The notes beneath the pieces were generated by a model. That model was not told the DNA's origin and made no database searches. It was given only the letters and a program-made list of their open reading frames with translations. A program made the translations under genes and the position numbers. A stretch of DNA of 64,000 nucleotides from Parcubacteria group bacterium Gr01-1014_30. GTDB lineage: Bacteria; Patescibacteriota; Minisyncoccia; Minisyncoccales; 2-12-FULL-40-12. The DNA lies in contig VMFS01000002.1 of assembly GCA_007376185.1 (NCBI GenBank), positions 2,198 to 66,197 on the forward strand, in the 5' to 3' direction. Numbering within the stretch: the stretch's first letter is position 1; each line of letters begins with the position of its first letter. Of the stretch, positions 54,471-61,339 are shown piece by piece.

Positions 54471-55259
54471 TTAAAAACTGGTGATAATAAATAAATATTC
54501 TAGTTGTTTAATGTCAAAAGCTGGCTGGATTTCTATTTGCTGGAAGGGCTCAACGTCTGATTTTTTGACTGATTTAACGTAACCTACCAAAAGACCCGGC
54601 GGGAAAATGCCGCCAAGCGCAGTAGTTGTCAAAAGCTCGCCTTGATGGACTTCTTCATACTGAGGGACCAAATCAAAAGTAACTTTGGAATTTCCAGCTC
54701 CTCTAACCAGGCCCTGGATTTCGCTACCGAGTATTTTCCCGTCAAAAGATGATTTTCTTCCAGAAGGAACCTCCACCCTTGAAAAATTATCGTAAACTTG
54801 TACTACTCTGCCCAGCAAAACTTTCTGCTGAGTAACAACCGGCATATCGTTTTTAACTCCGTCTTTTGAGCCTTTGTTGATTATTAAAGAATCTTCTGTA
54901 ATATTTTTCCCGGTAACTTGCGCCAAAATCAGATTAAATTCTTCCTGTAAACCGATTTCAAACGCCTTCCTTAAAACCTTATTTTCAGCCTCAATTTCGT
55001 AAAACTGTGCAGTTTTTGCCAGCAGTTCTTGAACTGTTAAACGAAGTTTTTCGTTTTCCTTTTCAATGCGCGTTGTGTGAAAAAAGGTACGTAAAAATCC
55101 CGCGCCTGCCTGACCCGCCGCCCAAAGAGGTTTTTGCAGAGGTTCTGAAATTGAATAAAAAAAGTTTCTTGTTTCGCTTTGGTAAAAGTTGGCCAAAGTA
55201 ATGACAAAAGCGCCAAGAACCAATAAAACGAGCAGTTTTTTATTAAGAAGCAGCCGCAT
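54471..55259 (-). CDS. mreC: rod shape-determining protein MreC
   Basis: N-terminal anchor, coiled coil (ENEKLRLTVQELL), then beta-rich domains GSKDGV and GGIFPPGLLVG. Confidence 0.8.
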   Translation of the reverse strand: MRLLLNKKLLVLLVLGAFVITLANFYQSETRNFFYSISEPLQKPLWAAGQAGAGFLRTFFHTTRIEKENEKLRLTVQELLAKTAQFYEIEAENKVLRKAFEIGLQEEFNLILAQVTGKNITEDSLIINKGSKDGVKNDMPVVTQQKVLLGRVVQVYDNFSRVEVPSGRKSSFDGKILGSEIQGLVRGAGNSKVTFDLVPQYEEVHQGELLTTTALGGIFPPGLLVGYVKSVKKSDVEPFQQIEIQPAFDIKQLEYLFIITSF

Positions 55260-55385
55260 TCCAGGTAGTAGGAATTCGCCTGAACTTCGTTTATATCACT
55301 GCTGCAGGCAGTGGGCGAATTTTCACTACCTGGCATTCTTCCATTATAGCCATATCATTAAAAAACGCACGCCTTTGCAAACATT

Positions 55386-55497
55386 GTAAGAGACCTACCT
55401 ACTTTCTCGGGAAAACCCAATATCATCGGCCTTGAGAGATTTCACTTCTGTGTTCGGAATGGGAACAGGTGGAGCACTCTCGGTATAGGCCTCTTAC
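55386..55497 (-). rRNA. 5S ribosomal RNA
   Basis: The reverse complement reads GTAAGAGGCC...CACCTGTTCCCATTCCGAACACAGAAGTGAAATCTCTCAAGGCCGATGA...GGTCTCTTAC. Helix I closes the molecule. Confidence 0.85.
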
Positions 55498-55537
55498 AAT
55501 ATCTGCAAATTGTTTGCGTGCGTTTTGCATGCGGTCA

Positions 55538-55553
55538 TTAATTGCCAGCCAAA
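55538..55553 (-). other. 23S trailer half of the rRNA processing stem
   Basis: The trailer UUUGGCUGGCAAUUAA pairs over 16 bp (one G-U) with the leader UUAAUUGCUAGCCAAA at 59972-59987. Confidence 0.65.
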
Positions 55554-55779
55554 GAAAATTGCGCGGATTTATTAGTACCGCTTCTCTCAACTGATTACTC
55601 AGCTTACAAGTGCGGCCTATCAACCTCATCATCTCTGAGGAATCCATAGAATCTTCATCTTGGGGTGGGCTTCGAGCTTAGATGCTTTCAGCTCTTATCC
55701 CTTCCTAACATAGCTACCCAGCAATGCTCCTGGCGGAACAGCTGGCACACCAGAGGTTAGTTCACTCCGGTCCTCTCGT

Positions 55780-56217
55780 CAAGTTAATCTTATATTTCTA
55801 TAAGCTTAGACTATATCTTCACCGAATACATAGCATTATGTGTTCGGGTCAACGTATTATGGTAGCTTTATAAACCTACCATCTATTCCAGAATTGGAAT
55901 AAGTCGTTACGGGGACAAACTATAGCTGCAAAATTTCTCTTAAATCTGGCGGAGTATCACTTCTTCTTTTCAGCTGAATCATAATACTCCCATCGCCATC
56001 TAGAAAACCAGCGATATACGCGAAATCAGTAGATTTTGCCTTGGTTTGTCTTCCCACGGTATCGCCTTAATAATTATCCGGTCCTCAAGTAAATTATACC
56101 ACACATTATTTGGACCGCAAATATACTGTGGTCATTGCAACCGGATAACTAATGAAGGTTTCACCGTTATTAGTTGAGTTGTCATCATGGATTGCTCCAT
56201 GAAGTAGCAATTTCCTT
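55780..56217 (-). mobile_element. group I intron in the sarcin-ricin loop (after the U of AGU|ACGAGAGGACC)
   Basis: The exons join to GCTCTTAGT|ACGAGAGGACCGG. Exon 1 ends in U and the intron ends in G. The intron carries GGTGAAGATATAGTCTAA (J8/7-P7-like) and CCCCGTAACGACT. Confidence 0.75.
55920..56057 (-). pseudogene. 45-codon remnant of a LAGLIDADG homing endonuclease inside the intron
   Basis: The minus-strand translation is VGRQTKAKSTDFAYIAGFLDGDGSIMIQLKRRSDTPPDLREILQL*. It has one LAGLIDADG motif and is far shorter than functional enzymes. Confidence 0.7.
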
Positions 56218-56257
56218 ACTAAGAGCAACTCCCCTCAAGATTCTAAACGCCTGCGGT

Positions 56258-56288
<31 letters not shown>

Positions 56289-56348
56289 GAACCCAGCTCA
56301 CGTACCACTTTAATTGGCGAACAGCCAAACCCTTGGGAGCTTCTCCAC

Positions 56349-56381
<33 letters not shown>

Positions 56382-56425
56382 GAACAGGGCCGTTGATGTG
56401 GACTCGCGGGCCCTACTAGCCTGTT

Positions 56426-56856
56426 CAATCCTTTTTTTGGATTAGACTATATCTTCACCGAGCGCGTAAATACCTTATGCGCTCGGGACGGCGTATTATG
56501 ACGGGTAATGTTCACCGCCATATCGGTCAAAAGACCTCAGTCGTTACGGGGTCAAATCTAAAATTACTTTGGCCCAATTAATCTATCTAAGTAAAACTCA
56601 TTCACTTGATATTTAATAGAATGAATTTCATTCCTAATTATTATTAATTGCCAAAGGCAAAGAAATAAAATTAAGAGAATAATTATTTTAAACCAATTTT
56701 GTTTTATGTAATTCACAATTTTAGATCGACTTCCCACGGTGTTGGAAGAACTCAAAACCTTTTAATAAAGGAAGACCAGTTCTTATTTCACCGTTATAAG
56801 CCGTACATTTCACGCATTACTGCGTGATTGGACAACAAACTCTTTTTTCAGAGTTT
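56426..56856 (-). mobile_element. group I intron at the L2449 site of the peptidyl-transferase centre
   Basis: The exons join to CCCCGGGGAT|AACAGGCTAGTAG (E. coli GGGGAU|AACAGGCUGAUA). U before and G at the end of the intron. It shares the 3' core with the other intron (CCCCGTAACGACT...ATAATACG...TCGGTGAAGATATAGTCTAA). The interior is AT-rich. Confidence 0.75.
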
Positions 56857-57418
56857 ATCCCCGGGGTAACTTTTGGCTGATGATCTTTGCCGGTCCTACC
56901 AACCAGCATCGGTTCACTAAGTTCCGCTTTCGCGACAGCTCGACATATCCGTCTCGCTGTAAAGCCGGCTTGTGCCTTTGCGCGACCAGTCCGATTTCCA
57001 TCCGGACATAGCCGACCTTATAAACGCCTCCGTTACTCTTTTGGAGGCAAGCGCCCCACTTAAACTGACCGCCACCCACTGTTTTCCTTGCGGAATTAGT
57101 CCTACCATTTTAAAAGACGGGTGTTTCATTGGCGGCTCCATTGGGTCCGAAAACCCAACTTCAAAGCCTACCCGCTACGCTACGCATCCAAAGTAATAAG
57201 ACAATGGAAAGCTACAGTAAAGCTCCCGGGGTCTTTCCGTCTAGCCGCAGGTAACCGGCATCTTTACCGGTATTGCATTTTCACCGGGCGCCTCGTTGAG
57301 ACAGTTCCCCAGTCGTTAAGCCTTTCATGCGGGACAGAACTTACCTGTCAAGGGATTACGCTACTTTAACACGGTCAGAGTTACCGCGGACGTTCACTCG
57401 TGGCTTAACTCGCTCAGC

Positions 57419-57515
57419 CCCCGCTCTCTAAGCTCTATATATTCTGTAATTACTCAGACAAACAACATAGTGTTTGCCCAAATTTCTACATTCACATACA
57501 GCATAGAGAGCGGGG
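57419..57515 (+). repeat. TIR-bounded 97-nt insertion A in 23S (helix 68 tip region)
   Basis: CCCCGCTCTCTAAGCTC...CAGCATAGAGAGCGGGG, with 12-bp terminal inverted repeats and an AT-rich interior. Confidence 0.8.
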
Positions 57516-57630
57516 ACCGGCAAGGATAACACACAAGCACTGGTCAGGCCTCAGCCCCTATACATCCTCTTACGAGTTTAGCAGGGACCTGTGTTTTAGG
57601 TAAACAGTCGCCAGGGACACTTTCGCTGCG

Positions 57631-57731
57631 CCCCGCCCTCTATGCCCGTCGTCATTTTTTTCTCACAATACTTTTTCAGTTGTAGAATTTCAAAACGAAT
57701 TAATCTATGACTACGAGCTTAGAGGGCGGGG
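57631..57731 (-). repeat. TIR-bounded 101-nt insertion B in 23S (helix 63 variable region), flipped relative to A and C
   Basis: CCCCGCCCTCTATGCCC...GAGCTTAGAGGGCGGGG. The CTATGC and CTAAGC ends are swapped compared with A and C. Confidence 0.8.
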
Positions 57732-58206
57732 AAGGCATATTGCGAACTTACGCCTGCTTTTTTGCCGAGTTCCTTAACGAGGTTTCACCCGTTCACCTTG
57801 GTCTGCTCGACCTGCCCACCTGTGTCGGTTTGCGGTACGGATTCCGCGTTTTTAACTTAGCAAGGTTTTTCTTGGAAGAATTTTCTATTAAGTTGTCTCA
57901 GACGTAACCGAAACTCCCCTTTCAGAAGAGAATCCAATAACTCTCTCAATATCCAATTCTCCGTCGCCTTGCCAAAAAAGCGCAGAAGGGCCGGAATATT
58001 AACCGGCTGTCCATCCCCTAAACCCTTTCGGGGTCGGGTTAGGCCCGCCTAACCCTTGGCTGATTGACATTGCCAAGGAAACCTCGGGCTTTCGGTGTCC
58101 AGGGATCTCACCTGGATTGTGGTTACTCATGCCAACATTCTCACTTCGCAGCGCTCCACCCCGACTCGCGTCGTGGGCTTCACTGCACTGCAAACGCTCC
58201 CCTACC

Positions 58207-58305
58207 CCCCGCCCTCTAAGCCGTATGTTCAAGGTAGCCAGAATTTATCAACTGTTAATAGTTTGATATTTCGATTACCTAAAATACACAGCATAGAGGG
58301 CGGGG
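58207..58305 (+). repeat. TIR-bounded 99-nt insertion C in 23S helix 45 (classic IVS site)
   Basis: CCCCGCCCTCTAAGCCG...CAGCATAGAGGGCGGGG replaces the helix following GCTCCCCTACC. Confidence 0.8.
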
Positions 58306-58941
58306 TCTTGTCTTCGGTACTGAGTTTTAGTCCCGTAAATCTTTGGCGCAGAACTCCTTAGTTAGTAAGCTGTTACGCACTTTTTAAAGGATAGCTGCTT
58401 CTAAGCTAACCTCCTAACTATCAGAGGTGCTCCACTTCCTTGAGTACACTTAACTCAAATTTTGGGACCTTAGACAAAGATCGTGGGCTTTTTCCCTTTT
58501 GAGCTTGGACCTTAGCGCCCAAGTTCTGACTCCCCGCAAAACGTTTGGTATTCGGAGTTTGGTAAGAGTACCTACCGTAAGGCACGATATTCTTTCCAGT
58601 GCTCTACCCCCAAACGTTATTTGTCGCGGGGGCTAGCCCTAAAGCTATTTCGGGGAGAACCAGCTATTACCAAGCTCGATTAGCTTTTCACTTCTTGCCA
58701 CAAGTCATCCGAGAGTATTGCACGGCTCACCGGTTCGGGCCTCCTCAAAGATTTCTCTTTGACTCACCCTGCTCATGGCAAGCTCGCTTGGCTTCGGGTC
58801 TTACGCGTACCACTTTTTTTCGCGCTGTTAACACTTGGTTTCCCTTTGTCTGCTCCCTAAAGGGGATTAGACAGCGGCACGCATAAAGTCGTTGGCTCAT
58901 TCTTCAATAGGCACCCCGTCGCACCTCGCTAACGCTCGGTG

Positions 58942-59134
58942 CCCCCAAATCCGAAATTCGACCACAGCCCATTTCCAATGGGCTGGGTCGCCCAGCCCTT
59001 TAGTAAGGGCTGTGGCGAAATTCGAAATCCTAAACAATATCAAAATTCAAAATCCAAATGACCAAAATTTTGTTTCTGTTTTGAATTTTGGGTTTTGGAT
59101 TTGTTTCGTATTTAGGATTTCGTGCTTCGGATTT
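58942..59134. repeat. R-family repeat copy R4 plus a GC-rich cloverleaf-like module, inserted in 23S helix 25 (classic IVS site)
   Basis: AAATCCGAAATTCG, then CCACAGCCC...GGGCTGTGG, then CGAAATTCGAAATCCTAAACAATATCAAAATTC...TTGGATTTGTTTCGTATTTAGGATTTCGTGCTTCGGATTT. Flanked by the helix-25 stem ACGCTCAGTG/CACCGAGCGT (RNA sense). Confidence 0.75.
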
Positions 59135-59670
59135 ACGAGGAACACTGAGCGTCAGCGAAATGTTCCGAGTCCTTGTGGGCATGATGGTTTCAGGTTCTAT
59201 TTCACCGGGGTCAACCCCCTACTTTTCACCTTTCCCTCACGGTACTGGTTCACTATCGGTGAGATTGAGTATTTAGCCTTTCCGCGTAGTCGCGGATGCT
59301 TCCCGCAGGGTTGTCTTTTCCCGCGGTACTAAAGAAAAATATCAAGGAGCATAAAGTCGTTTTCATCTACGGGACTATTACCCTCTATGGTTGCCCTTTC
59401 CAGGGTCATTTAATTAACGAAACTTTACCTAAGTGCTCTCCCTCAGAAGTTTTTGTCTTAAGAACAAAAGCTCCTGACAATATTTCCTTACAACCCCAAG
59501 CATAAAAATACTTGGTTTTGGCTTCTCCCTGTTCGCTCGCCGCTACTGAGGGAATAATCCTTCGACATGCTCAGGATTACCCTGAACTTGTTGAAGGGTA
59601 ACTGTGTTTTCTTTTCCTCCGCTTACTGAGATGTTTCACTTCAGCGGGTACGCCACCGCGCTCTGCAGCG

Positions 59671-59804
59671 GAAGCACGAAATCCTAAATACGAAGCACGA
59701 AACAAATCCTAAATTCAAAATTATAATGTCCAAAACGTGTTTTGAATTTTGGTCATTTGGATTTTGATACTGTTTCGAATTTCGATATTCGAGTTTCGAA
59801 TTTC
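59671..59804. repeat. R-family repeat copy R5 inserted in the 5' domain of 23S (helix 9/10 variable region)
   Basis: GAAGCACGAAATCCTAAATACGAAGCACGAAACAAATCC...TTGGTCATTTGGATTTTGATACTGTTTCGAATTTCGATATTCGAGTTTCGAATTTC. Confidence 0.75.
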
Positions 59805-59971
59805 CGGTGCAAAGCACGGCTTGCCGCGTTTTGCACGGCAGGGTTTCCCCATTCGGACATCCCCGGTTCTAAGGTTGGTAGCCACCTCCCCGAGGCTTAT
59901 CGCAGGCACCCCACGTCCTTCATCGCCTCAATCTCCCAAGGCATCCTCCATCTGCCCTTAAAAATGCAATT

Positions 59972-59987
59972 GTTTGGCTAGCAATTA
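59972..59987 (-). other. 23S leader half of the rRNA processing stem
   Basis: Complementary to 55538-55553. An adjacent 11-bp hairpin CAATTAATAAC-AGC-GGTTATTAATTG lies at about 59981-60008. Confidence 0.65.
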
Positions 59988-60011
59988 ATAACCGCTGTTA
60001 TTAATTGTTTA

Positions 60012-60087
60012 CCCCGTATATTATCTTCGACAGGATTTTTTTAAAAAATCCTACAATCACGAAGTGAGTCGAAGTTGTATTACGGGG
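60012..60087. repeat. Y-family structured repeat, copy Y1 (in the 23S leader)
   Basis: CCCCGTATATTATCTTCGAC...GTCGAAGTTGTATTACGGGG. The conserved ends are shared with 63195-63262 and 63902-63968. Confidence 0.7.
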
Positions 60088-60135
60088 TTTATTAAATTAT
60101 CAAAGTTCTTTCCCACTCAATCTTTCAACAAAAAA

Positions 60136-60151
60136 CCGCTTCAAGAAGCGG
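60136..60151 (-). terminator. rho-independent terminator after the Kazal-domain protein gene
   Basis: The minus strand reads CCGCTT-CTTG-AAGCGG followed by TTTTTT. Confidence 0.65.
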
Positions 60152-60282
60152 CTTCTCAACACCAAAAATGCGAATTGCTTTAGCCGCTTCTTTTTTTATT
60201 TGCAGTATTTCGTGCCTTATCCATGCTGTGTGTTTTATTTTAACAAACCCAGAGCGTTTGTCAAGCGCTTGGCCAATCCCTT

Positions 60283-61326
60283 TCAATTAACGATTATCCT
60301 AATCTCGTATCCTTTGCGCACGCCGCTGGCTGGCCAGTAAGGAATAAACTCAAAGGAAGATTGAGCTGTAAAGGTTATGGTTTTTGATTCCCCGGGTGAA
60401 ATTGTGCCCGTGTTTATAACCTGGCTTCTAAAATCCAATCCGCCGTAATACACGTTTTGAGAACTAACATTAAAAGTAATGGTAACTTGAGAGTTGACTG
60501 CAACAGTAAATTCAGACGGCGTAGCCTTATTGTCGTCGGCCGTTAACGAAAAATTATATGTTGGCGGCTGCAGGGCTTCTGGTTCTGGCTCAGGTTCAGG
60601 CGCGGGCGCGGGTTGAGGTGCTGGTTGTGGCGTTGGCTGAGCCTGCGGCTTGGGTTCCGACTTTATGCATTCGCCTTCATAAGCTACCTGCACCTTTTGC
60701 TGCTGCTCTGCTATGCAGCGATTTCCGTATGTTCTGCCGTCAATACCGCATACGGGCGCGTATGCCATGGTGCAGAAAACTTGTTCTTCAGGCGGAGGCG
60801 CTGCGGAGCGACTTTCCATAGCAAACGTTATTGGAACTTCCAAAACGTCTTCATTTTCCGGCAGACCCGAAGGATTGTCCTTTTGTAAAATCAAATATCC
60901 TCGGCGCGAAAAGTGCTCTTGGTCGACTCCGGGGAATACCGGACTTTCAAACTCAAGCACTGCTTCAAAGGGAACGTAATCTTGGGTCATCCAATCGCTT
61001 TTTGCAGTGGCAAAACTCTCAGCGATTATCAAGCCGTCCCAATTTGTAAGGACGATTGGAAAGTTAGCTTCAAAAAACCACGAGCCCCGCGCCTCTCCTT
61101 TAACAACCAGAGGCGATTCTATTGTTTCTCCCTTTTTTGGCGAAAACAATCTAATCACGTCGGAGTTCCTTCTTTCGGTTGTCCAAATTTCTTCCGGCGC
61201 GCTAACATCTGGCTGCGCGGCGTCTTTTACGCCGCGCAGCCAGAAAAATGTATAAACTAAAGCAACGGCGATAACCGCCGCTGCAAAAACAGCAATCGCA
61301 AGTTTTTTAGTGATTAAGCCATACAT
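60283..61326 (-). CDS. secreted multidomain protein: Gmad2-like Ig domain, Kazal-type inhibitor-like domain, PQ/PE linker, beta-sandwich C-terminal domain
   Basis: N-terminal anchor. IRLFSPKKGETIESPLVVKGEARGSWFFEANFP (Gmad2-like). CTMAYAPVCGIDGRTYGNRCIAEQQQKVQVAYEGEC (Kazal Cys pattern). Linker PKPQAQPTPQPAPQPAPAPEPEPEPE. Confidence 0.65.
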   Translation of the reverse strand: MYGLITKKLAIAVFAAAVIAVALVYTFFWLRGVKDAAQPDVSAPEEIWTTERRNSDVIRLFSPKKGETIESPLVVKGEARGSWFFEANFPIVLTNWDGLIIAESFATAKSDWMTQDYVPFEAVLEFESPVFPGVDQEHFSRRGYLILQKDNPSGLPENEDVLEVPITFAMESRSAAPPPEEQVFCTMAYAPVCGIDGRTYGNRCIAEQQQKVQVAYEGECIKSEPKPQAQPTPQPAPQPAPAPEPEPEPEALQPPTYNFSLTADDNKATPSEFTVAVNSQVTITFNVSSQNVYYGGLDFRSQVINTGTISPGESKTITFTAQSSFEFIPYWPASGVRKGYEIRIIVN

Positions 61327-61339
61327 CAGAAATATGTAG

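Noticed and set aside
56564-56755. 63-aa ORF inside the L2449 intron as a possible homing endonuclease
   Set aside because: No LAGLIDADG, GIY-YIG, HNH or His-Cys box motif. The sequence is hydrophobic and low-complexity AT-rich, and it looks like decayed filler in an intron loop.
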